Below, in pieces: positions 1 through 8,721 of a stretch of 64,000 nt of DNA. The notes beneath the pieces are model-generated. The model was not told where the DNA came from and ran no database searches. It worked only from the letters and a program-made list of their open reading frames with translations. Both the position numbers and the translations under genes were made by a program. The DNA comes from a virus (lineage: Duplodnaviria; Caudoviricetes). How positions within the stretch are numbered: position 1 is the stretch's first letter; the number at the start of each line of letters is the position of its first letter. The stretch covers positions 96,001-160,000 of IMG/VR virus record IMGVR_UViG_3300031992_000012; one strand, written 5' to 3'.

Positions 1-101
1 GGACGAGGAAAAGGGGAAGAGGCTGCTGATAATAGCGGCCCTTAAGGACACGGAGGACATGTTCATGAATCTTTCAAGACTTCTTAAAGGAGAACCGCAG
101 A

Positions 102-863
102 ATGAAGATAACAACAATAACGGAACAGGACATTCTTAAGGCGCCGCCACAGGAGCTGTATTCGCTGCTGTCACTCGTGGCGCAAGCATGCTCGCTGTTC
201 ACCCGGCTACTTCAATACCCGTTGCTGAACCTTGACGGCGAGGCTTGCCTGGGCGTGGAGCGCGTCGACATGAAGGACGGACGGTGGCAGTTCACGCTGA
301 TGCTCTACGACAGCAGGGAAACCTGGTACGAGACCGGCGATTGCATGGAATGCACGAGGAAGGCGCTTGAGCATGTCAGGAACTCAATCGCGGCCTCCTT
401 CCTCAAGAAGGTCTACCCTGACAGGAACATCGAGCTGATCGAAGGTCTTGTTGTGTTCGTGGGGCACAATGTCGAGCGGCTTGCCGATGCCAACGGCTGG
501 CGGTACGACATGCTCGACGAGAACCGGCATCCCGACGACCTCGTCGAGATGGGCAGGGACATCGTGGCGCGCCTCAAGGAAAACGGGGAGCAGCGAATCA
601 TCAAGGTGAACAACCCGGACACCCTGCAGTCAATCAACCTTCACGCGATGGACATGGATGTCTACGACAAGGTCCAGTTCATCCTCATGGAGGGCGACAA
701 GGCCGTCGACGTCGGAAAGGACACCGACAAGCTGTTCGAGACATTCACGCCGTCTTTTGACAAGCTGCAGGCGCTTCGCACGAAGCTGCTTCATGAAAAC
801 AAGTACAAACGCAATCCCGACAGGGAAAAGGAGGACAACATGGATGGACAGGAACAGATGTGA
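102..863 (+). CDS. Hypothetical protein; C-terminal half resembles a degenerate ABC/AAA_15-type ATPase C-terminus
   Basis: SD (aaggag) upstream. 'DENRHPDDLVEMGRDIVARLKENGEQRIIKVNNPDTLQSI...DKLFETFTPSFDKL' parallels EPExxLHP...IIxTHSP...IYxxLxxPFxxL; no Walker A. Confidence 0.55.
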   Translation: MKITTITEQDILKAPPQELYSLLSLVAQACSLFTRLLQYPLLNLDGEACLGVERVDMKDGRWQFTLMLYDSRETWYETGDCMECTRKALEHVRNSIAASFLKKVYPDRNIELIEGLVVFVGHNVERLADANGWRYDMLDENRHPDDLVEMGRDIVARLKENGEQRIIKVNNPDTLQSINLHAMDMDVYDKVQFILMEGDKAVDVGKDTDKLFETFTPSFDKLQALRTKLLHENKYKRNPDREKEDNMDGQEQM

Positions 864-1201
864 GAACTGCGGATATTACGAAAATGCGGGCGGCTATTCC
901 TATTGTCTTCGCCATTCGCCGATACTGATCGTCGACCCCGAGAAGGGGGCGCAGACACAGTGGGGCCGGACAGCCCCTAAAAGAGTGGTGCTCGGAATTC
1001 CGCGACGCCAAGCTGCACATACGTGGCGACAACTGCTGCCGCCACTGCCGCAACGCTTTCATAAGGGACAACGGGCAGCTTACATGCTGCAAGAATCCCC
1101 CGGCATTGCAGTTCAACAAGGCAAACACAATATGGCATCTATCCATCAGCGCCGACATGTGGTGCGGTGAATTCGAGTCAAAGGACGCCGACCATGATTA
1201 G
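844..1201 (+). pseudogene. Cys-rich two-repeat protein interrupted by a +1 frameshift at the A4 run 979-982
   Basis: MDRNRCENC...CLRHSP...TAPK continues in the +1 frame as EWCSEF...CCRHC...CCKNPP...MWCGEF to TAG 1199-1201, matching intact paralog 3341-3724. Confidence 0.6.
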
Positions 1202-1505
1202 GAAGACAAGCTATCTGCAGGAGGTGCCCTTCGTGCACTACGAGGGGCCGGGGTCGCTCAAGGACGTGCGCGCCATCGTGCGCATGGCCAACAGGCACGA
1301 CCCAATCTACGAGGTGGTGGCGAAGAAGGGCGAGGAGCCCTATGTCGCCTACTACACCGGATACCAGCATGGAAGCATCCGCCTGAAGAACGACTGCTTC
1401 CTTGTCTGGTTCGACAAGGAGCTCGTGGTCATGGACGCCATGACGTTCTGCCACAAGTTCGGAACCTACCGGCGAGTAGTGGACGAAGAGCATTACGGGA
1501 CATGA
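1194..1505 (+). CDS. Hypothetical phage protein
   Basis: ATG 1194 after aaagga; coding-like codon use; tightly packed with neighbours. Confidence 0.7.
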   Translation: MIRKTSYLQEVPFVHYEGPGSLKDVRAIVRMANRHDPIYEVVAKKGEEPYVAYYTGYQHGSIRLKNDCFLVWFDKELVVMDAMTFCHKFGTYRRVVDEEHYGT

Positions 1506-1514
1506 GGAGGCCCA

Positions 1515-2141
1515 ATGGAAGAACTTAAATTCAACACCAAGGACGTCGGCCGCCTGAAGGAAGGCGAGATACGCGTAGCCGGAATCACGCTGCTGACCGG
1601 CGACGTGGATTTGTCCGACATATTCTCCGACATCATCATGAGCCCCGGGTCGTGCACGGTAGAGGGCGACTGCTCGCTCTCCGACAGGCCAGGCCCGGAC
1701 ATTTTTCGCGGCATCATCTACGGCAATGTCCGCATGGACGATCATGGAAACCCGCAGATAGAGTCGCCGGACTCGCTGTTAGGGAGAAGGACGTACGTGC
1801 TGCGCCAGCCCGAGGTGGGCCAGTACTATCAAATCGACCGGAACTACGGGCACTACATCTACCCTCCTAAGCAGCTCAAGATAGTCGAGGAGCTTGTGTC
1901 ACTGTTCAACAGCGGCGTGCGCATAATCGTGCTGTCAAACAGCGACTACGTCCTGTTCGGGCTGCGCATCGCGCTGAAGAACGGGCTGATAACGCCCTCC
2001 GACCTTTCGATCGTCTACTTTCAGGACGACGGACGTGCAATCGACTACGTCGGCATACGCTCCTACCCGGACGGGATGCTGGAGGACTGGCCGATGGGTT
2101 TCTTCGACACGTTTGACAAATGCCTTATGGAGCTAATGTGA
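1515..2141 (+). CDS. DUF3696-like protein (degenerate ABC-ATPase C-terminal region)
   Basis: 'LRQPE...YPPKQLKIVEELV...GVRIIVLSNSDYVLFGLRIALK...IVYF...DGMLEDWPMGFFD' matches the AAA_21 + DUF3696 pattern (WPxGFFD); H-loop His and Walker B acid are replaced. Confidence 0.7.
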   Translation: MEELKFNTKDVGRLKEGEIRVAGITLLTGDVDLSDIFSDIIMSPGSCTVEGDCSLSDRPGPDIFRGIIYGNVRMDDHGNPQIESPDSLLGRRTYVLRQPEVGQYYQIDRNYGHYIYPPKQLKIVEELVSLFNSGVRIIVLSNSDYVLFGLRIALKNGLITPSDLSIVYFQDDGRAIDYVGIRSYPDGMLEDWPMGFFDTFDKCLMELM

Positions 2142-2398
2142 CAGGAAAGGAAAACGAACCGCATTGCGTTTTCAACGGCGTGAGTGTCAAGTCGCTGAAG
2201 GCGCTGTGCGAGAAGGCAAGCAGGGAGACCTTGTCCGACTGGGTGGTAACCAGGGAGGACGGCAAGGTCTTCATCGACCGCTATGACAACAACATCCCCC
2301 ACAGGACGCGTGTCAACGAGGGGGACGCCGTAATCTTCCACAACGGATGGCTTTTCGTATGCCCCGAAGAGGAGTACAGGAGGTTCCATGGCGAATGA
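2138..2398 (+). CDS. Hypothetical phage protein
   Basis: GTGA overlap with upstream stop; start uncertain. Confidence 0.6.
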   Translation: MTGKENEPHCVFNGVSVKSLKALCEKASRETLSDWVVTREDGKVFIDRYDNNIPHRTRVNEGDAVIFHNGWLFVCPEEEYRRFHGE

Positions 2399-2780
2399 GT
2401 ACACACCTACAAAACGGGACAAGCCGGACTTCGAGACGTCCAGCCACTACAAGGGCGACATGTGGGACAAGCCGCTGGGGCACTGCTGCAACTGCAGGTT
2501 CTTCCGGATGGACGACTACATAATGAAACCCGGCGACCCGAGTATGCTTGTGCATTTCTGCGCCCTTACGACGTCGTACACCGCCGACTGCCGTCCTTAC
2601 AAATGCGTAGCCTACCGCTACTGGTACATGGACAGGCTAAGAAAGCGTAGGAAGCGTCTGAAGGAAATAGGCGACTTGGCGCTTGCGGTATTCCTCCTCC
2701 TGCTGCTGATATGCGTGGTGGCGGGAATAATCACGGGCGTTTCAATTCTGATAGTCAACGGGATAAGGGGGATGAAATGA
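2388..2780 (+). CDS. Cys-rich protein with C-terminal transmembrane helix
   Basis: CCNC...C...C...C then basic patch and hydrophobic LALAVFLLLLLICVVAGII. Confidence 0.7.
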   Translation: MANEYTPTKRDKPDFETSSHYKGDMWDKPLGHCCNCRFFRMDDYIMKPGDPSMLVHFCALTTSYTADCRPYKCVAYRYWYMDRLRKRRKRLKEIGDLALAVFLLLLLICVVAGIITGVSILIVNGIRGMK

Positions 2781-3082
2781 GAAAAGGGACGCCTTTCATG
2801 AGCCGTGTAATCCTTACCGAGCGGGAGCTCGGGTATTCGGTGCAAATCGAGAAGGCCTGCTATCCCGACATGCACTGGGACGGGAAGATTGTCGCCATCC
2901 CTGCCGTTGTTTGCGCGGACGGCCGTGTCCGGCAGGACAGGGAGTGGTGGACGTTCTCGAAGCCGGGCAAGGAGGACATACGCCAGACGGTCTTCGCCCT
3001 GTGCGAACAGGCGAGGAAGGACAATCAGACAAGGACAGACAATCTGGAGAAGTTCGTTAATGAAAGAAATAAAGGTAAGTGA
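2777..3082 (+). CDS. Hypothetical protein
   Basis: ATGA overlap with the previous gene. Confidence 0.65.
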   Translation: MRKGTPFMSRVILTERELGYSVQIEKACYPDMHWDGKIVAIPAVVCADGRVRQDREWWTFSKPGKEDIRQTVFALCEQARKDNQTRTDNLEKFVNERNKGK

Positions 3083-3344
3083 TTTGATCAAGCTCCTGCA
3101 GGGTGTCCTGAAGGAGCATGGCGATTTGGACGTCTGCACCTACGACGACGAGCGCTGCCGTCTGTACCCGCTTGTCAACGACGGTCGCGGGCCTGATCTC
3201 ATGGTGCTTCCGAACCAGTACCGTCCGTCGTACGGCGACGACGACTGGGACAAGTCCAAGGAGGACGAGTACCACAAAATCGAGTACCCGATGTGCAGCA
3301 AGGACTGCGCGAAAAACCTTACGCCAAAGGTATTCGTCGTATGA
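3060..3344 (+). CDS. Hypothetical phage protein
   Basis: MKEIKVSDLIKLLQ...HGDLDV is a common small phage protein N-terminus. Confidence 0.7.
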   Translation: MKEIKVSDLIKLLQGVLKEHGDLDVCTYDDERCRLYPLVNDGRGPDLMVLPNQYRPSYGDDDWDKSKEDEYHKIEYPMCSKDCAKNLTPKVFVV

Positions 3345-3724
3345 AAGGAAAGTGCGAGACCTGCCTGTACGCCCGCGAGGAGCCGGGTTGCGTCCGCTGC
3401 TACCGTTATCCGCCAAGCGTGGTGTCGTATGAGGGCAGGCTTGAACAGGTATTCCTGAAGGTGGTGCCGAACACGGTGTGCGGAGAGTATGTGAACAAGT
3501 ACGACCGCCCTGACGAGGATCGCCCGGGTGTTGTGCATACCTGCGCAACGTGCGAATACCTGAATCCTGAGGCGACGGGCCTGTTCTGCCTCAGATACCC
3601 GCCGACGGTGCTTGTGCACAAAGGCGGAATAATAAGCGCCACTCTCTGCGTGAACTCCACCGGCTTCTGCGGGGAGTGGAGGAAACGGGACAATCCCGAA
3701 GAACAGCATGGAGAGGCACAATGA
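3341..3724 (+). CDS. Cys-rich two-repeat (putative metal-binding) protein
   Basis: Two CxxC...CxRYPP...CGE[YW] repeats; ATGA overlap. Confidence 0.7.
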   Translation: MKGKCETCLYAREEPGCVRCYRYPPSVVSYEGRLEQVFLKVVPNTVCGEYVNKYDRPDEDRPGVVHTCATCEYLNPEATGLFCLRYPPTVLVHKGGIISATLCVNSTGFCGEWRKRDNPEEQHGEAQ

Positions 3725-4134
3725 GAAGACAGGAGACATTTGTATGCGACATATGCGGGCGCGCCTTCTTCACGGAGGACGCCTGTCTTAAGCATGAAAG
3801 GGAATGCGGGGCGGCGAAGGTCAAGTGCGTCCGCGTCTCGCTGACAGACAAGGACAGCGAGGCCAAGTTCGCATTCGGACTTCAGTTCAACTGCTCCGGC
3901 GAAAAGAGCAACCTCGGAGTCATCTGCGTGCACCCATGCGGGCTTGGCTTCCTTATGGACACGTATGTGCAGGAAAGCCTTGTCCACCAGGCCGTGGAGT
4001 CCCTTGCCGCCAAGGCTGAAAAGCTTATACTGGAACGCGAGGAAAGGCTTCTGCATCTGCGTAAGTCGCTCACAGGCGCGAAAGAGGATGTAAAGCGCGA
4101 GCTCGACCGTTACCAGCTACGTGACTCCGAATGA
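3721..4134 (+). CDS. Hypothetical protein with N-terminal zinc finger
   Basis: CDIC...C-x2-HERE-C at the N-terminus; SD ggagagg. Confidence 0.7.
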   Translation: MRRQETFVCDICGRAFFTEDACLKHERECGAAKVKCVRVSLTDKDSEAKFAFGLQFNCSGEKSNLGVICVHPCGLGFLMDTYVQESLVHQAVESLAAKAEKLILEREERLLHLRKSLTGAKEDVKRELDRYQLRDSE

Positions 4135-4137
4135 GCG

Positions 4138-4170
4138 AGCCCCCTTCCTTTGCCGGGAAGGGGGCTTTTC
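4138..4170 (+). terminator. Intrinsic terminator
   Basis: agcccccttcc/gggaagggggct stem followed by T-rich sequence. Confidence 0.75.
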
Positions 4171-4215
4171 GTTATTTCTTTTTTAATCTGTATATTAAGC
4201 CAAGGAGGACAACAA

Positions 4216-4644
4216 ATGCCCGATATCAACAACACATTCTGGGTTCTGCTTCTGGTGTGCGCCTATATGCACATCATCGACGATTTCGTTCTGCAAAAGG
4301 CCACGCTGTGCGACCTCAAGCAGAAGAGCTGGTGGTTCAAGCAGTTCGGACCCGACTTGAACAGGAGCCAGTACAGCCACGACTACATAGCCGCCCTCAT
4401 CGTCCATGCGGCGCAGTGCTCCATAGGCATGCTGCTGCCTATGATTGCCCTCACGCTGTGGAAGGGTATTCCGGTGGACACGCTGTACTTCTGCCTGGCG
4501 TTTCTGCTCAACACGGTTGTCCACGCCTTCACCGACAATCTGAAGGCGAACGAACTGTCCATTAACCTTATTGAGGATCAGATGGTGCATGCGGTGCAGA
4601 TTGTCGTCACCGTGGCGATATTCTGCTCGAGGAACCTTATATGA
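4216..4644 (+). CDS. DUF3307-like membrane protein
   Basis: SD aggagg; H-x2-DDFVLQ...H...H-x3-D...DQMVH pattern with several TM helices. Confidence 0.75.
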   Translation: MPDINNTFWVLLLVCAYMHIIDDFVLQKATLCDLKQKSWWFKQFGPDLNRSQYSHDYIAALIVHAAQCSIGMLLPMIALTLWKGIPVDTLYFCLAFLLNTVVHAFTDNLKANELSINLIEDQMVHAVQIVVTVAIFCSRNLI

Positions 4645-5237
4645 TTGACTGGATTGCGGTGAAGGAGGCATCCCTTCCAAAAGGATATACAGGGGGAAGG
4701 ATTCACTGGAACCCGTGGATTGGTGAGTACAGGGCCCATCCGAGCGACAATGACCTGGAAGCCCTTAGCAAGCTGCCCGAAAGCAAGTACCGGCGAATCC
4801 GCGACATAATAGCCGACAACGACCAGTGGGCGCGTGAGGACGCCGCGTTGAAACGGTCGATGCACCACTGGAAGGCGTTGGACGTGGTTCCCGTCCCGGC
4901 GGTCACCATGCCGGATATAGCGGCAGTGGACGCCAAGGCGGCGCAGAAATCCGAGGGGAATCCGGAATACGAGGCCGCCAGGAAAGCCATGCACGAGACA
5001 ATGCAACTGGACCCCAAACGCGTGGAGAAATACCGCAAGAAGATTGACGGCCTTGTCGCAGACCTCAGGGCGCACGCCGCAAAGACCGCCCGCGACACCT
5101 CCCCGCGTTACACCGACCGTCTACGCCGCAACGCCGAGTTCTTCATGGAAATGCGCAACCGCAAGGGCATCTGGGACGTAATCGACATAAACGGAAATCC
5201 CGGTAAAGTAAACGGCGTAGGCCTTTTACACAACTGA
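4641..5237 (+). CDS. Hypothetical protein
   Basis: 198-aa ORF with ATGA overlap. Confidence 0.7.
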   Translation: MIDWIAVKEASLPKGYTGGRIHWNPWIGEYRAHPSDNDLEALSKLPESKYRRIRDIIADNDQWAREDAALKRSMHHWKALDVVPVPAVTMPDIAAVDAKAAQKSEGNPEYEAARKAMHETMQLDPKRVEKYRKKIDGLVADLRAHAAKTARDTSPRYTDRLRRNAEFFMEMRNRKGIWDVIDINGNPGKVNGVGLLHN

Positions 5238-5255
5238 AAAAAATTCTGAGAAATC

Positions 5256-5340
5256 TTGCTTTCGTCTTTTGACGAACTATCTTAATGGCTGTTCCAAAAG
5301 GGACGGCCATTTTTTTAGCTAGTAGAAAGGAAGAAGCAAG
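5256..5340 (+). promoter_or_regulatory. Promoter/leader cassette, copy 1 (TTGC-N18-TATCTT, hairpin, TTAGCTAGTA, SD)
   Basis: Same arrangement recurs at 7392-7487. Confidence 0.55.
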
Positions 5341-6528
5341 ATGACAGAACAGAACAACGACTACAATTGGACTGAGTTTCGCGCCATTGAGGAAGTGGCG
5401 CCTGCACCCGCATACCTAAACGACCAGGCGCTTCGCGGACTTGTAAGGGATATCGAACGCACACATTTCAGGAGGACCGCGCGGGAGTGGGCGGCGAACG
5501 TCACGGCGGGGGACACCCCGCAGGAATGGACGGTGGACGTAACGGCGGGCGACGCCGTGATAGAGGACACGGGCACGGCCGATGCGGCATTTGCCGCCGG
5601 CGACTTCTTCCGCGTCCGCAACCGCGAGGAAGGCGTAGGCAACGGCATCTACGTACCACGCCCGCTTATCAAATGGGCCGGCGGAAAGCAGAGGCTCATG
5701 CCGGAAATCGTCAAACGCCTCCCTGGCGGAATCGGCAAGCTGGACGGAAGGATAACAAAGTATGTGGAGCCCTTCCTCGGCGGCGGCTCCGTGTTCATAG
5801 AGATGCTGCACCATCCGTTCAGCGACCGGATAGTGTCCGACATAAACCCGGCCCTCATCAACATGTACCAGACCGTGAAGGAAGCGACCGACCGGGTGTT
5901 CTCGCGCCTGTACGAATTGGAGCGTGCGTGGAACGACCTTGATACGGAAGAGGAAAGAAGGGCCTGCTACAACGGCGTGCGTGACTCATTCAACACCTAC
6001 AACCCGCAGAGCGACATGGGAAGCCCCGAATGGGCGGCGGCCTTCATCTTCCTCAACAAGACATGCTACAACGGCCTGTACCGCGTAAACTCAAGGGGGT
6101 TGTTCAACGTTCCCATGGGAACCAACACTCACCTTGACTTCCGCGCCGGCGAGTACATGGGCTTCCGCTACGCCGTCAGGAACGTACGGTTTGAGTGCAG
6201 GGACTACATGGAGTGCCTGGACGACATCGACAGCCATACCTTCGTGTACATCGACCCGCCGTACCGCCAGCTTCCCGGAAAGAACAGCTTCACCGGCTAC
6301 ACGCCTAACGCCTTCACCGACGTCGACCAGGAGGGCGTGGCGCGCTTCTGCGACCTTATAACCGACAAGGGCGCAAAGTTCCTGCTGAGCAATAGCGACA
6401 CAGGCGACGGGTACTTCGAGAGACTTTACGAACGCTTTACCATCGAGCATATAAAGGCGCCACGCAGCATCAGCCGTGACGGCGCTACCCGAGTCAAGAC
6501 GGGCGAGATACTTGTGAGAAACTACTAA
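5341..6528 (+). CDS. dam: DNA adenine methyltransferase (Dam/D12 class) with N-terminal extension
   Basis: KWAGGK, YVEPFLGGGSV, NKTCYNGLYRVN, YIDPPY, LSNS motifs. Confidence 0.95.
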   Translation: MTEQNNDYNWTEFRAIEEVAPAPAYLNDQALRGLVRDIERTHFRRTAREWAANVTAGDTPQEWTVDVTAGDAVIEDTGTADAAFAAGDFFRVRNREEGVGNGIYVPRPLIKWAGGKQRLMPEIVKRLPGGIGKLDGRITKYVEPFLGGGSVFIEMLHHPFSDRIVSDINPALINMYQTVKEATDRVFSRLYELERAWNDLDTEEERRACYNGVRDSFNTYNPQSDMGSPEWAAAFIFLNKTCYNGLYRVNSRGLFNVPMGTNTHLDFRAGEYMGFRYAVRNVRFECRDYMECLDDIDSHTFVYIDPPYRQLPGKNSFTGYTPNAFTDVDQEGVARFCDLITDKGAKFLLSNSDTGDGYFERLYERFTIEHIKAPRSISRDGATRVKTGEILVRNY

Positions 6529-6540
6529 GGAGGAAGAAGA

Positions 6541-7410
6541 ATGAACGAAAAGAAAGTTGCGGAAGAAATCGAGCGCGCAATAGACAATGTTATGGGCAGG
6601 TTCGCAAAGGAGCTGGCGGACGTCATCGTGGAGGCAATCTTCCCGAGCAGCACCATTGGGTCGATGTCGCCCAAGGACGCCAAGGGGCTCCGTGAGTTAA
6701 TTGAAGCGGTGGCCGACCGTCTGGAGGAGGTGGAGAAGGCGGAAGCTGAGCCAATCAAGGCGGATTTCGTCGACGGCATGCAGTCGGAGGCGGACGAAGT
6801 CTGGGCGGAGGAGCACCCGGACGAAACGCCAAAGGACAACACCTGGACAGGCGTTCACAACAGCCATCTGGAAGCTGCCCTCAAGCAGGAGCGCAAGGAG
6901 GAGATGAATAGGAAGCCCGACAAGACAGCGTGGAAATGCGGCTCCCCGTATTTAGCCGAACACGCAGACAACCCGCTTGACTCCCTGGCGGAGGACATGA
7001 GCAGGCGCAAACCGCGCGCCGAGGTTGGTGGGACTACCGATCGTTTCGGGCACAAACAGTGCATGAACTTCGCTGAGGCCATGAAGTCGCTGGAGCAGGG
7101 AATAGCGGTACGACGCTCCTCATGGCCTACCTACGACTTCATCTGGAAGCCAAAGCAGATACCGCTGCCTGAAGGATGCAGGTTCTCGCAAGTTGACCCC
7201 GTCATGAAGATGGCCATAAGCATACGCCCGGGCAATACATTCTTTGATTCCAATATCCTTGAGTACCGCCTTGAGTTCGACGAGAACAGGAAGCTCCAGG
7301 GGCGCGTCATAGCGGGGTTCGATTTCATGGGCATCGACGGCGGAGACCGCGACTGGGAGGAGTTCTTCGTTCCCGGCAAGGATTCTCCGGTTTGCGATAA
7401 AACTGAGTGA
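6541..7410 (+). CDS. Protein with C-terminal DUF2829/Tad2-like domain
   Basis: 'MNFAEAMKSLEQGIAVRRSSW...DRDWEE' resembles the DUF2829 consensus MNFGEALEALKxGKKVARxGW...DxLAxDW. Confidence 0.6.
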   Translation: MNEKKVAEEIERAIDNVMGRFAKELADVIVEAIFPSSTIGSMSPKDAKGLRELIEAVADRLEEVEKAEAEPIKADFVDGMQSEADEVWAEEHPDETPKDNTWTGVHNSHLEAALKQERKEEMNRKPDKTAWKCGSPYLAEHADNPLDSLAEDMSRRKPRAEVGGTTDRFGHKQCMNFAEAMKSLEQGIAVRRSSWPTYDFIWKPKQIPLPEGCRFSQVDPVMKMAISIRPGNTFFDSNILEYRLEFDENRKLQGRVIAGFDFMGIDGGDRDWEEFFVPGKDSPVCDKTE

Positions 7411-7487
7411 TAGTATCTTATGTAGTCGCCACGGCACCCGTGGCATTCCTCTGGGTTTTTATTAGCTAGTAAAAAAGGAAGAAAGCG
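7392..7487 (+). promoter_or_regulatory. Promoter/leader cassette, copy 2
   Basis: TTGC 7392, TATCTT 7414, gccacg/cgtggc hairpin, TTAGCTAGTA 7462, aaggaagaa SD. Confidence 0.55.
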
Positions 7488-8021
7488 ATGAAAAAGGAAA
7501 AGAAGGAACAGGATGTCGTAAGCCACGTCATGATCAACGGCCATGACTGCACCGAAGTCGTCAAGGAAGGCGAAGGCAAGAAGCTGTTCGCCAAGCTCCG
7601 CAAGGCCGCCAAGATCGAGGACGAAGACACGGTCATCGAGTGCGCGGAGCAGATTCTCGGAATGCTTCCGAAGGACAAGAAGGAAATCAGCGTCAAAGAA
7701 GCCGTCGAGAAGCTGGACGACAAGGAATGGGACATGCTGGCCGACCAGCTTGAAGAAAGCGCCCCCGTCGACGCCCGCACGGCTGATTCCATCCGCAAGT
7801 CCGTAAAGGCCCAGAAGCAGAACCGCGACGCCAGCGGCAAGTTCGTCAAGGGCAACAAGCCTGAGAAGTGCTGCAAGGGCAAGTGCAAATGCGCCAGGAA
7901 AGCCCAGTTCGGCAAGCCAATCCGCAAGAAGGAAGAGGAGATCGACGACGCCTACGTCGACGCCTTCCTGCGCCGTATGGCCGCTTTGGACGCAATCCTC
8001 AGTCTCCTCTGCGAGGACTGA
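7488..8021 (+). CDS. Hypothetical charged protein
   Basis: Strong SD; Lys/Glu-rich; RDASGKF motif. Confidence 0.8.
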   Translation: MKKEKKEQDVVSHVMINGHDCTEVVKEGEGKKLFAKLRKAAKIEDEDTVIECAEQILGMLPKDKKEISVKEAVEKLDDKEWDMLADQLEESAPVDARTADSIRKSVKAQKQNRDASGKFVKGNKPEKCCKGKCKCARKAQFGKPIRKKEEEIDDAYVDAFLRRMAALDAILSLLCED

Positions 8022-8044
8022 GCAGTCCATGACTAGATAGTGGT

Positions 8045-8081
8045 AAAACCCATCAGGATATATATTGTCCTGATGGGTTTT
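8045..8081. terminator. Intrinsic (possibly bidirectional) terminator
   Basis: aaaacccatcagga/tcctgatgggtttt inverted repeat. Confidence 0.75.
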
Positions 8082-8121
8082 CGGTTTTTACAACGCGTTG
8101 AAAATTTCAAGGAAGATAAGT

Positions 8122-8721
8122 ATGCCTTCAGAACTAGAAGCAAGGATTGAAGCCGTCATGAAGCGGCTTAGCAGCAAGGTGGCGTTCGCGCCACAGGGCA
8201 GCATGCCTGCCCCGGACCCGACAATGGGTGGCGCGGTTCCTCCGATGGACCCCGCTGCGATGGGCGGCGCCCCTATGCCTCCTATGGACCCGGCCGCAAT
8301 GGGTGGTATGCCGCCTATGGACCCAGCTGCGATGGGTGGTATGCCTCCTGCTGATCCGGCCGCTATGGGCGGTATGCCTCCGATGGACCCTGCCGCGATG
8401 GGCGGCGCTCCTGCCGAGCCGGCTCCTCCGGGATTGCAGCAAGGGGGAGGCGACCCGATGCAGATGCTCTCGGACGTCAACGACAAGATTGACGCCCTTG
8501 GCGACCTTGTGCTGAAGCTGTGCCGCCACTTCAACGTCTCCCTCGCGGAGGATGAAGGCGGTGCCGAACAGCTTGTCAATGACGAAGAGCTTGACACGAT
8601 GGAAGCCGCCAAGGCAGAGGACGCGGCCGCGCAGGAACCCCTGTCCGACCAGGCGCAGGAAGCCATTGGCGGAAACGACTTCATAAAGAAGCAGCTTGAA
8701 GGTCTTGGAGGCGGTTACTAA
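8122..8721 (+). CDS. Pro/Met/Gly-rich putative head-associated protein
   Basis: Tandem PPMDPAAMGG repeats after 'SKVAF'; acidic C-terminus; start uncertain (8098 TTG or 8122 ATG). Confidence 0.75.
   Translation: MPSELEARIEAVMKRLSSKVAFAPQGSMPAPDPTMGGAVPPMDPAAMGGAPMPPMDPAAMGGMPPMDPAAMGGMPPADPAAMGGMPPMDPAAMGGAPAEPAPPGLQQGGGDPMQMLSDVNDKIDALGDLVLKLCRHFNVSLAEDEGGAEQLVNDEELDTMEAAKAEDAAAQEPLSDQAQEAIGGNDFIKKQLEGLGGGY
8212..8412 (+). repeat. In-frame tandem repeat encoding (PPMDPAAMGG[M])n, about 6 units
   Basis: Visible in DNA and protein with synonymous variation. Confidence 0.85.
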
